Shown: piece after piece, positions 52,846 to 61,685 of the stretch
Position numbering within the stretch: the stretch's first letter is position 1
Layout of the letters: every line of letters begins with the position of its first letter
Origin: Limisphaerales bacterium
GTDB taxonomy: Bacteria > Verrucomicrobiota > Verrucomicrobiia > Limisphaerales > JAJOIW01
NCBI GenBank assembly: GCA_965657355.1
Contig: CBFHOE010000005.1
Location: forward strand, 64,001 to 128,000
Direction: 5' to 3'
Length of the DNA: 64,000 nt
The notes under the pieces: model-generated
Told to the model about the DNA's origin: nothing
Databases searched by the model: none
What the model saw: the letters and a program-made list of their open reading frames with translations, nothing else
Position numbers and translations under genes: made by a program

Positions 52846-52908
52846 AATCAGCCAGGGGTTGCTTTCCTACAAAGGCAACCCCTGGCAACTTGATTTTCAT
52901 TTTATTTA
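52846..52908 (+). terminator. strong stem-loop, probable terminator
   Basis: GCCAGGGGTTGC...GCAACCCCTGGC (12-bp perfect stem, 52851-52886), extended by AATCA/TGATT and followed by a T-rich tract. Confidence 0.7.
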
Positions 52909-53016
52909 TAACCCCACTGGAAAGATTTAGAAGTTAGGACGAAAAGATTCGATTTTCCGAGTATGTTGCCTATCTTAATCCCAAGAAATGAGATATGAAT
53001 CACTAGGGTTGGAAAT

Positions 53017-54498
53017 ATGCTTCCTGAGATAGCTCAAATAACACAATTTTCGCGATATCACCAATACCTGGCGAGCGGAGTGGCCTGGGTATTCGCTTTT
53101 GCAATTTTTAATTTGGATGCCATCGCTGAGAGCAACGAGTCCAAACAAGAAATAACCAAAGCCTTCTTATATGAATCCCGCAAAACAGAAGACATAAAAA
53201 CGCGGGATATTTCCCCATTTTGGACCCAAACAATTGATCCTTCAACTGAAAGGGTTGAGCAGAATATTCTATATCCATTGTATACCAGAAACTCATTTGG
53301 AGATGAATCAAGGCATCAGATTCTTCAGCTATTGAGTTGGACCACAACAGCTCCAGAGAAAAAAATTTCAAAAAATCATGTTGCCAGAGGCTTTACTTTA
53401 TTCCCTATATATTTTTACAGGCAAAAGACATCTACAACACCTGGTTATTGGGCTCTGGTCCCAATTTACGGAACCCTTAGAAATAGATTATTTAAAGATA
53501 TCATTGAGTTCAGCTTGTTCCCTTTGTACGCCAGAACTGTAAAAACGGGACTCGTCACGAAAAATTTCTTGTATCCATTTTTTCACTTACGGACGGGTAA
53601 AGAAACAAAAGGATGGGGATTTTGGCCGCTCGTGGGTCACGAAAAAAGGAACTCATACCAAAAACTCAATAGCTGGAATGAAATGGAGGATGTTCAGGGG
53701 TATTCTAAAGAATTCTTCATATGGCCATTCGGATTTAGGAATATATTGGATAAATCTGATGGGACAAAGTCCAAGGAATACGCAATAATACCGCTCTTTA
53801 GGTCCTTAAGATCCAAAGATAGAGACTCGACGACACTGGGATGGCCATTTTTTACTTACACTCACGACAGAGAGCAGAAATACAAAGAATGGGCCTTTCC
53901 ATGGCCCTTGGTGATTTTCTCGCGGGGCGCAGGTAAGAAACTAAATCGGGTTTGGCCTTTTTACAGCTACGGGGAAAAGGGAGCAGCACGATCAGGCTTT
54001 CTCCTATGGCCATTCTATCTTAAAAGAACAATCGACTCTCAACCGCTTTATAAGACGAGAGATAGAATTCTGTTCTTCTTATATTCAAAAACTAAGGTTA
54101 AGAATGTTGAAACGGGCAATCAATCCAGAAGAGAATCACTCTGGCCTTTGTTTACATCATCCTCAGATCTCGAAGGTAATTCAGTCTTTTCAACCCTTTC
54201 TATTCTCGAACCACTTTTACCTGCTGACGATGAACTTCATAGGTCATGGGGGCCGCTTTGGACGCTTTACAAAAAAAGAAAAAATCAAAAAGACAATTCC
54301 GTGGAATGGAATTCCTTTCTCAATATTTTTCAAGGATACAAAAACCAAGAAAAAAGAAGCTGGAAGTTTCTGTATGGATTGGTTTCTCGAGAAAAGACAA
54401 AATCGACCAAATGTTGGAAATTATTCGGGTTTCCGATAACAAAAAAGAGCACAACAATTGACTCTCAACCTCTGGAACCTCACAATTTGACCCAGTAG
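53017..54498 (+). CDS. envelope protein with repeated aromatic (L/F)(F/W/Y)P(L/F)(Y/F) motifs, putative outer-membrane beta protein
   Basis: More than ten repeats such as ILYPLY, LFPIYF, LVPIYG, LFPLY, LYPFF, FWPL, IWPF, GWPFF, VWPFY, LWPFY, LWPLF; first gene of the mla-like cluster. Confidence 0.7.
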   Translation: MLPEIAQITQFSRYHQYLASGVAWVFAFAIFNLDAIAESNESKQEITKAFLYESRKTEDIKTRDISPFWTQTIDPSTERVEQNILYPLYTRNSFGDESRHQILQLLSWTTTAPEKKISKNHVARGFTLFPIYFYRQKTSTTPGYWALVPIYGTLRNRLFKDIIEFSLFPLYARTVKTGLVTKNFLYPFFHLRTGKETKGWGFWPLVGHEKRNSYQKLNSWNEMEDVQGYSKEFFIWPFGFRNILDKSDGTKSKEYAIIPLFRSLRSKDRDSTTLGWPFFTYTHDREQKYKEWAFPWPLVIFSRGAGKKLNRVWPFYSYGEKGAARSGFLLWPFYLKRTIDSQPLYKTRDRILFFLYSKTKVKNVETGNQSRRESLWPLFTSSSDLEGNSVFSTLSILEPLLPADDELHRSWGPLWTLYKKRKNQKDNSVEWNSFLNIFQGYKNQEKRSWKFLYGLVSREKTKSTKCWKLFGFPITKKSTTIDSQPLEPHNLTQ

Positions 54499-54518
54499 AA
54501 TGGTCAAAAAATTAAGCG

Positions 54519-55262
54519 ATGATTCGGAAATTTGGACAAATGATGATGCTTGGAGTGGAGACACTCAGGCTACTACCACGCATCGTTAAGCAAAAAAGAA
54601 AAATTCTTGAGCAGCTTTATATAATGGGTAACGAAAGTTTACTCATGGCATGTATTCTTGCTGTTTTTATAGGCGGAGTCATAGCACTGCAGAGCGGACC
54701 TGTATTGGTCGAAAGAGGGATATCTTCTGCCGTTGGCGGCCTCGTCGGTTTAGCCCTCTGTAAAGAGTTAGCTCCAGTCATGATGTCTGTCCTAGCAGCT
54801 GGACGAGTTGGATCATCTATTGCAGCAGAGCTTGGTTCGATGAAAGTCTATCAGGAAATTGATGCGCTGAGAACGCTCTCCATTAACCCCATAGAATATC
54901 TGGTCCTTCCAAGAGTGGTCGCCATGACCATAGCGGTCCCTTTGCTAGTCATTTTTGCAATTTTTTTTGGCTGGGTTGGAGGTGCTACCGTTTCAATAAC
55001 AAACTCAGAAATCGGGCTGACCTGGCAAGCGTATTTTAATAGCCTTGATAGCCTTGTTTCATTTAGAGATTGCCTAAGTGGAGTCTTAAAAAGTGTCGTT
55101 TTCGCAAGTATAATTAGTGTGGTCTGCTGCTACATGGGATTACAAACAACTGGAGGTCCAAGGGGCATTGGCCATTCAGTCACTCGTGCTGTCGTTTACT
55201 CGTTGGTTTTCATTCTGGTATTTGACTATCTGCTAAGTAGAATTTTAATGGTTATTTTGTAA
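54519..55262 (+). CDS. mlaE: MlaE-family lipid ABC transporter permease
   Basis: KELAPV....AGRVGSSIAAELGSMKV.QEIDALR...INPIEYLVLPR; GIGHSVTRAVV. Confidence 0.92.
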   Translation: MIRKFGQMMMLGVETLRLLPRIVKQKRKILEQLYIMGNESLLMACILAVFIGGVIALQSGPVLVERGISSAVGGLVGLALCKELAPVMMSVLAAGRVGSSIAAELGSMKVYQEIDALRTLSINPIEYLVLPRVVAMTIAVPLLVIFAIFFGWVGGATVSITNSEIGLTWQAYFNSLDSLVSFRDCLSGVLKSVVFASIISVVCCYMGLQTTGGPRGIGHSVTRAVVYSLVFILVFDYLLSRILMVIL

Positions 55263-55270
55263 GGAAAAAC

Positions 55271-56050
55271 ATGCCAGATTTACAAAAGATTGGTCACAAT
55301 AAAAAAGAAGAGGCAGCCAGTGTAAAGGTCCAGAATGTGCATAAATCCTACGGCAAGCTTCACGTCCTAAAAGGTGTATCACTGGAAATTACGCCTGGTG
55401 AAATCTTTGCTATCATGGGGCCATCCGGAAGCGGTAAATCTGTACTTCTAAGACAAATTTCCGGATTAGAAACGCCTGATTCGGGCAAAGTGGAAGTTAA
55501 CGGGCACATCCCTCACCTAAATTTTTCGCAAGATTCCAAGATTGGGATGGTCTTCCAATCAGGAGCCCTGCTCTCCTCCTTAACAGTGGAAGAAAACGTC
55601 GGATTATTCTTATCAGAGCACCGAATTTACCCGAAAAACAAAATAAAATCCAAGGTTACCGAAAAGCTCAAAGCCGTCGGACTGGAAGGAATTGAGAGCA
55701 AATACCCAAATGAGCTCTCCGGGGGGATGAAAAAAAGAGTTGCCATTGCCAGAACCTTGGTTGTTGAGCCACAACTCATACTTTACGATGAACCAACGAG
55801 TGAACTAGATCCAATTTCGGCAGTCACGGTTGCTAAAGAAATAAAAGGACTAAAAAATGAGGGAGGCATCACCTCGATCATGGTGACACATGACCGAGAC
55901 CTCGTTCAAGGCATAGCTGATAGGGTCGCCGTCATTAGGGATGGAACAATCATTGCAATTGGCACTCCGGATGAAATCTGGAATAGTAACAATAAGGAAG
56001 TGGGAGACTTCATACACATTGACTTCAACGTTCAATCATTGACCTCATGA
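55271..56050 (+). CDS. mlaF: MlaF-family ABC ATPase
   Basis: GPSGSGKS, GMVFQSGAL..SLTVEENV, ELSGGMKKRVAIAR, LYDEPTSELDP, VTHD. Confidence 0.92.
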   Translation: MPDLQKIGHNKKEEAASVKVQNVHKSYGKLHVLKGVSLEITPGEIFAIMGPSGSGKSVLLRQISGLETPDSGKVEVNGHIPHLNFSQDSKIGMVFQSGALLSSLTVEENVGLFLSEHRIYPKNKIKSKVTEKLKAVGLEGIESKYPNELSGGMKKRVAIARTLVVEPQLILYDEPTSELDPISAVTVAKEIKGLKNEGGITSIMVTHDRDLVQGIADRVAVIRDGTIIAIGTPDEIWNSNNKEVGDFIHIDFNVQSLTS

Positions 56051-57039
56051 AAGGATCACTAGAAACGAAAATAGGCATATTTGTTGTGCTGGCAATCATA
56101 GCTGGAGTTCTATCGGTAGAATTAGCTGGCGAGCTCTCATTTCTCAAAAAAGGATATACCGTCCGAACTTACTTTGATGATGCGGGAGATTTAAGGCCTG
56201 GCGATCCTGTAAAACTTGGAGGCATTCCGATAGGAAGCGTTAATTCCATAGGGTGGTCAGAACAGATTCCAGGAAAAGTAGAAATCGCTCTTTTTATTGA
56301 AAGCGGGACACCCATCAAAACTGATAGTGTCGCTCAAATTCGATTTAAGGGATTATTGGGGAGTCAATTTGTGGCACTGAGTTTTGGATCTGCTCAAGCA
56401 CCAATTATTGATGACAATGCGATACTGGAATCTGAAGAACTTCCAGATCTCGGTGATCTCATGGAGCGCATGGAGTCGGTTGCGGGAGGAGTAGAAAATA
56501 TGACTAAGACATTTTCCGGAGACAGTTTTGCTGACCTTCTGGCACCACTATCTGATTTTGTCAGGGTAAATACTCCCCGTCTCACAAAAGCAATTGAGAA
56601 TTTAGAAAGTATTTCTGATACATTGGCCAAAGGAGAAGGCACTGTCGGAAAACTCATAAATGATGATGAGTTGTATGCAGAGACCATGGGGGTATTGACA
56701 AAACTTGAATCAACATTCGAAAAAGCAAGTGGGAGTATTGAATCGACTCTCAATGATGCGCAAGAAATCCTTTCGAACGTGAAAAGTGGAGAAGGAACCA
56801 TGGGCCAACTATTAACCCAAAAGAAACTGTATAATGAGATGGAATCATCCATGTCAGCATTAAAAGAAATCCTCTCAAAAATAAACCAAGGTAAGGGATC
56901 TGTAGGATTGTTGGTCAATGATGAAACCTTCTTTAACAACCTAAAGCTTACCTTACAAAAAATAGAAAAAGCTACCGAAACACTTGAGGATACGGGGCCG
57001 ATAAGCGTTCTAAACAATGCGGCCAATAGCTTGTTCTAG
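56047..57039 (+). CDS. mlaD: MCE/MlaD-family protein with long helical extension
   Basis: N-terminal TM, MCE domain (F.DAGDL.PGDPVKLGGI.IG.V, GLLGSQFV), then three G(E/K)G(T/S)(V/M)G.L..(N/Q) repeats; ATGA overlap with mlaF. Confidence 0.88.
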   Translation: MKGSLETKIGIFVVLAIIAGVLSVELAGELSFLKKGYTVRTYFDDAGDLRPGDPVKLGGIPIGSVNSIGWSEQIPGKVEIALFIESGTPIKTDSVAQIRFKGLLGSQFVALSFGSAQAPIIDDNAILESEELPDLGDLMERMESVAGGVENMTKTFSGDSFADLLAPLSDFVRVNTPRLTKAIENLESISDTLAKGEGTVGKLINDDELYAETMGVLTKLESTFEKASGSIESTLNDAQEILSNVKSGEGTMGQLLTQKKLYNEMESSMSALKEILSKINQGKGSVGLLVNDETFFNNLKLTLQKIEKATETLEDTGPISVLNNAANSLF

Positions 57040-57065
57040 GGAGTCATGCATTTTCAAGTTTTCTC

Positions 57066-57644
57066 ATGGATTTATTACAGATGGTGAAACAATCAACTCG
57101 GATAGTCTTATTATGTTTGCTTGCAATCTTTATTATTACCCCGGCAAGCAAAACATTTGCAGAAGGAGAAATATACAAAGTGCTTCCACACTTATTGGAT
57201 CAGAAGGGAAGACACACTGTATCGCCGAGCTTATTTGAACGCGACGCTTACCAAGAGTTTTTAAGAGAGAACCCAGCACTGGTTAGTGGTATTGGTTACG
57301 ACATCCACTGGAAATGCCCATCAGGCCATAAAAGGGATTTACAAATTATCCTTGAAATAAGGGGGTCTAATAACTACCAGGCCTCACCCACGAAAAAAAT
57401 CATCAAAGCAAAAGCAAAAAAATATTTTAAAACCTGGTCGCGTATAAAACTGAGCAAAAAAGAAATGAAAACGATCGGAAAAATTGTCGCCTGGAAAGTC
57501 TCATTGGTTGAAGGGGATAAGACACTGACCGAACATTTTTCCTTTTTGTGGAAAAATCCCCCCAAAAAAACACCAGGCGGAACTTCTGAATCGAGACAAC
57601 CTGAAATAGGCCCAAGGAATCGCCGAGGATTTCCAAGACAGTAA
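57066..57644 (+). CDS. secreted hypothetical protein
   Basis: Signal peptide; KVLPHLLD.KGRHT.SPSLFERDAYQ..LR, AW.V.L, SFLW. Confidence 0.75.
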   Translation: MDLLQMVKQSTRIVLLCLLAIFIITPASKTFAEGEIYKVLPHLLDQKGRHTVSPSLFERDAYQEFLRENPALVSGIGYDIHWKCPSGHKRDLQIILEIRGSNNYQASPTKKIIKAKAKKYFKTWSRIKLSKKEMKTIGKIVAWKVSLVEGDKTLTEHFSFLWKNPPKKTPGGTSESRQPEIGPRNRRGFPRQ

Positions 57645-57669
57645 AAGATTACCTGCTAAAATTTATTTT

Positions 57670-58104
57670 ATGAAATCAGAATCCTCAGGAGTCATTCATG
57701 TTCTCTATGACCAGGACTGCCCTCTTTGTATTTTCCAGATGAAAATGCTGACTTGGCTGGACTGGAATAAACAACTTACTTTACTCCCACTCAATCACCC
57801 CGAAGTAAAAAACAAAGCACCCGAACTAACGAGGGAGGAATTACTGGAGGCAATCCATTGTATCACACAAGAAAAAAGGGTTTTCAAAGGCGCTAGGTGC
57901 TTGCGGCATATAGGCATGAAGTTACCACTAATGTTTCCAATGGGAATATTTTTATACACACCTGGGGTCATTTGGATAGCAGAAAGAATTTATATGCTTA
58001 TAAGTAAAAATAGACATTTGCTGAGTAAATTATTTGGATGTAAAGATGCGTGCTCTATTTTACCAAGCAATAAAAAAGGGCGATCAGATTCCGGTAATAT
58101 TTAG
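57670..58104 (+). CDS. DCC1/DUF393-type thiol-disulfide oxidoreductase
   Basis: LYDQDCPLC (DxxCxxC) and C-terminal Y..I..NR motif. Confidence 0.85.
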   Translation: MKSESSGVIHVLYDQDCPLCIFQMKMLTWLDWNKQLTLLPLNHPEVKNKAPELTREELLEAIHCITQEKRVFKGARCLRHIGMKLPLMFPMGIFLYTPGVIWIAERIYMLISKNRHLLSKLFGCKDACSILPSNKKGRSDSGNI

Positions 58105-58145
58105 TCGACAAAAAAAGCGATCAGACTTTTTTATGCACCATCAAA

Positions 58146-60041
58146 ATGCCTGAAAATCAAACCATCCAGAAATCAATGTATTCGACATGGGAAACCGTTT
58201 CGTCGGAATTGGTTTCACGCATTAACAAGGATGGCTTTTGGGAAGGTAAATTGAGTTCGAGTGCCCTTTCTACGGCCACAGCAGTGGTCACGATTAAATT
58301 GGCTTCGAGTTCAGGGATTATTGATCCGGACAAAGCAGAAAAATTAGGAGTAAAAGGACTTGAGTGGCTAGCCAATAGTATTAATCCTGATGGCGGGTGG
58401 GGAGATACGGACAAAAGCCATTCAAATATCAGCACAACGACGCTCTGCTGGTCAGCATTTGGGGCCTTTCAAAATGAAGAGGAGAATTTTAAAAGAGTAA
58501 TTTTGAGATGTGAACGATGGATTGGGGAACAATGTTCAGGTCTATCACCATCCCAGATAGCCAAAACTATCATTTCAAGATATGGAAAAGATAGGACATT
58601 CTCCATACCAATTCTAACAATGTGTGCACTGTGTGGAAGGTTGGGTCGAGGCCAGAGCGCTTGGAAAGATATTATCCAGCTTCCTTTCGAACTAGCAGGA
58701 CTTCCACATTCATGGTTCGCTGCCCTGCGATTACCGGTTGTTAGCTATGCCCTACCCGCGCTCATAGCCATAGGTTTAGTACGCCACATAAAAGCTCCCT
58801 CCATCTGGCCTTGGGTCAGGATGCTAAGATCCCTCGTTATCAAGAAAGTCATGAGGAAGCTTGAGGATATCCAACCGTCTAATGGAGGATTTCTAGAGGC
58901 TACTCCTCTCACCAGCTTTGTAACGATGAGCCTGATCGCAGCAGGTTTTGAAAGGAGTCAAGTTGTGGAAAAAGGATTGGATTTCATCATTGAATCTCAG
59001 AGAAATGATGGAAGTTGGCCAATAGATACAAACCTCTCGACTTGGGTTACCTCACTTTCAATTAACAGTCTCTATTCACAAAAAAATTCAAGAATCAAAG
59101 AAACCACTCATTTTTCGAAAGAATTAAAAGCGAAAATGGCAGATTGGTTGTTTGATCAGCAATACACAGCAATACATCCCTACACACAAGCAAAACCTGG
59201 CGGATGGGCTTGGACTCCGCTGCCCGGAGGTGTTCCAGATGCAGATGATACTCCTTCAGCCATCATAGCCCTTTGCCTTATCGCCGATGATAATGAAAGG
59301 TTGACGGAATCAATAAAACTAGGGTGCGAGTGGTTACTCAATCTTCAAAATATGGACGGGGGAATTCCTACTTTCTGTAAGGGATGGGGAAAATTACCTT
59401 TTGATAAAAGTAGCCCGGACCTCACGGCTCATACCATAAAGGCTTGGATCATAGCCTATCCATTATTAGATGACTCCATTCAAAATCAAGTCACTGAGAG
59501 CATACAAAGAGCACTTAAATTTTTGTTGAAAGCCCAAAATAGGGATGGATCCTGGACGCCTCTTTGGTTTGGCAATCAGTGGAGAGAAGATGAAACTAAT
59601 CCTATTTATGGCACCTCAAAAGTCTTAATAGCTATTGCAGAAATGTTGAATTCAGAATTTAAAGACTTTGTAAAAGAAAATAGGTTACTTTCAAAAGCGA
59701 TTCTCTATTTACTTAGCATTCAAAATTCCGATGGCTCATGGGGAAATGCTAATGTTCACTCTGGAACAATTGAAGAAACAGCTTTAGTTGTTGAATCTTT
59801 ATCGGTGATGAGAAATTCATCTCTCCATATGAATTTATGGGATAACGAGTGGGATAAAAAAACACTACAGGGAATAAAATTTTTAATAAAAAAAGTCGAA
59901 GAAGGCGAATGGAGAACGCCATACCCGGTAGGTTTTTACTTTGCTCGCCTCTGGTATTACGAAGAGATGTATCCTATAATAATGACAACCGCTGCATTCA
60001 AGGCTTCGGTATCTTCATTTTGTGAAAAGGAACTGCCTTAA
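58146..60041 (+). CDS. squalene-hopene cyclase-like class II triterpene cyclase
   Basis: GFWEG.LSSS, NPDGGWG, QW repeats (QRNDGSW, QNMDGG, QNRDGSW, QNSDGSW), PGGWAW, catalytic DADDT (DxDD), FYFARLWYYEEMYP. Confidence 0.85.
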   Translation: MPENQTIQKSMYSTWETVSSELVSRINKDGFWEGKLSSSALSTATAVVTIKLASSSGIIDPDKAEKLGVKGLEWLANSINPDGGWGDTDKSHSNISTTTLCWSAFGAFQNEEENFKRVILRCERWIGEQCSGLSPSQIAKTIISRYGKDRTFSIPILTMCALCGRLGRGQSAWKDIIQLPFELAGLPHSWFAALRLPVVSYALPALIAIGLVRHIKAPSIWPWVRMLRSLVIKKVMRKLEDIQPSNGGFLEATPLTSFVTMSLIAAGFERSQVVEKGLDFIIESQRNDGSWPIDTNLSTWVTSLSINSLYSQKNSRIKETTHFSKELKAKMADWLFDQQYTAIHPYTQAKPGGWAWTPLPGGVPDADDTPSAIIALCLIADDNERLTESIKLGCEWLLNLQNMDGGIPTFCKGWGKLPFDKSSPDLTAHTIKAWIIAYPLLDDSIQNQVTESIQRALKFLLKAQNRDGSWTPLWFGNQWREDETNPIYGTSKVLIAIAEMLNSEFKDFVKENRLLSKAILYLLSIQNSDGSWGNANVHSGTIEETALVVESLSVMRNSSLHMNLWDNEWDKKTLQGIKFLIKKVEEGEWRTPYPVGFYFARLWYYEEMYPIIMTTAAFKASVSSFCEKELP

Positions 60042-60904
60042 TTAAGCTCACCAACCAGATACCTATCACGGCCTAGAAGATCATTTTGGATTTTGATTCT
60101 GAATTGTTTCATGGGATTAAATAGCTCCATGAGTCGTGGTCCTTGATCCGCGCCAATTTCCATTGCAAAAAATTTGGGTATCACGGACATACCGTGCAAA
60201 TCATCAAATATTTTTTGGTAGTACTCTATGCCCGAACTCCCTCCATCTAAAGCAACAATTGGATCATGATCTTTGACCTCTGCAGCTAATGAAGATATCT
60301 CTGAGGTCCGAATATAAGGAGGATTGGAAACAAAAAAATCAATTGGGCTGTCTAGACTTACAGAGGCTAAACCATCTGATTGGAATAATTCAAGTCTATC
60401 GTCGACCCTATGATTTCGTGCATTTATTTGAGCAATTGCCAATGCGGCACCACTAATGTCAACGGCCTTCATTTTAATTTCATTATGATGAGATAGCAGA
60501 GACACCGGAATACACCCACTCCCTGTCCCCCAGTCTAGGCCTACCAGTTGATGTTCTGATTTGTGTAATTGGATCCATTCCGATATTATTTCCACTAAAC
60601 CTTCAGTTTCAGGTCGGGGAATGAGAACATTTTCATTAACTAAAAAATCCAAACCATAAAAGTTCCAATTTCCAAGAATATGTTGGATGGGGATTCTTTT
60701 TTTCCTTTTAATTAAAAAGTTTTGTATTTTGCTGTCCTGTGCCTCGGTAAGATTGATTGGATCACAAATGACAAGTTGAGATCGAGGTATGCCCAATAAG
60801 TCTGAAAGAAAAATTTCAGACTCAATCTGAGGTTCTTCAACTCCGATTTTTTCTAATTCTATAGCAAGAGATTTGACTCGATCCCATACTTGGATAAATC
60901 CCAT
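60038..60904 (-). CDS. prmC: release factor glutamine methyltransferase
   Basis: PIQHILG, VLIPRPETE, DWGTGSGCI, SNPPYI, ALDGG, EIG. Confidence 0.94.
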   Translation of the reverse strand: MGFIQVWDRVKSLAIELEKIGVEEPQIESEIFLSDLLGIPRSQLVICDPINLTEAQDSKIQNFLIKRKKRIPIQHILGNWNFYGLDFLVNENVLIPRPETEGLVEIISEWIQLHKSEHQLVGLDWGTGSGCIPVSLLSHHNEIKMKAVDISGAALAIAQINARNHRVDDRLELFQSDGLASVSLDSPIDFFVSNPPYIRTSEISSLAAEVKDHDPIVALDGGSSGIEYYQKIFDDLHGMSVIPKFFAMEIGADQGPRLMELFNPMKQFRIKIQNDLLGRDRYLVGELN

Positions 60905-61013
60905 ATATTACTGCATAGGGGTAATAAGGCAGAATGTCACTGCTAATATCTATCGCTGGCGATTGGATTCTTGCATTCCGACTGGAAAACAGTACTGTTA
61001 CTAGGTCGCAATA

Positions 61014-61685
61014 ATGGATTCGAAGGATCAATTTGATTTTTGGTATGGCATCAATAATGCCCAAGTCATCGTGTACCCTCAAAAGAAACTCGAGAGCTTT
61101 GGGACCACGACTATTCATTACTATCTGGCTACGGAACTAATGGATGCAGTCAATCAGACACGTGTGAGAGAGGGAAAAATCCAAGCATTTAAGCCACAAA
61201 TTGTCCTTCCTAGCTCGTTTGCTGATTCCATGTTGGAAGGGTTCTCAGAAGAGGAAGCCGGAAAATACATGGATTGGCTTCAAAAAAATGAATACAACCT
61301 AGTTCTTCTCAAATACGGCTTTAAAATCAAAAAAGAAGAGATACAGACAGAAATCGTTCACAGACCAGTGGAAGAAGTGACCGAAGATTTAAAAGCGCAA
61401 GTGGAGGGTCGAGACCAGCCTATGGAAGCCGTCCTCAAAGGGGTAGAAGAACCATGGGAAGTTTGCCTATTGAAATTGATGGTGGAGATGGTTGAATTGT
61501 CTGCAGGCTCAAATGCGACTGAACTAAGGAAAGATCCACATGGATACCACGCCGAAATTGAAAAAGCTTTTTCAGCAGCCGCCAGAGATAACTCGAAGAT
61601 ACAAGTTCTTGCTGACCTTCTAAAGTCAAAGGATCTGTTCGAGCATTATGAAGACAGATTTTTCTCTCTTGTTCGGTCTCAATAA
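61014..61685 (+). CDS. conserved hypothetical protein
   Basis: 223-aa ORF divergent from prmC (LESFGTT..HYYL.TELMD.V...RVREG, WEVCLLK). Confidence 0.75.
   Translation: MDSKDQFDFWYGINNAQVIVYPQKKLESFGTTTIHYYLATELMDAVNQTRVREGKIQAFKPQIVLPSSFADSMLEGFSEEEAGKYMDWLQKNEYNLVLLKYGFKIKKEEIQTEIVHRPVEEVTEDLKAQVEGRDQPMEAVLKGVEEPWEVCLLKLMVEMVELSAGSNATELRKDPHGYHAEIEKAFSAAARDNSKIQVLADLLKSKDLFEHYEDRFFSLVRSQ

Noticed and set aside
56394..57026. 210-aa antisense ORF
   Set aside because: It lies entirely opposite mlaD with Ser/Phe-rich mirror composition typical of a shadow ORF.
58072..58126. Short direct repeat AAAAAAG(G)GCGATCAGA occurring twice
   Set aside because: Only two imperfect copies, one inside a coding end; compatible with chance.
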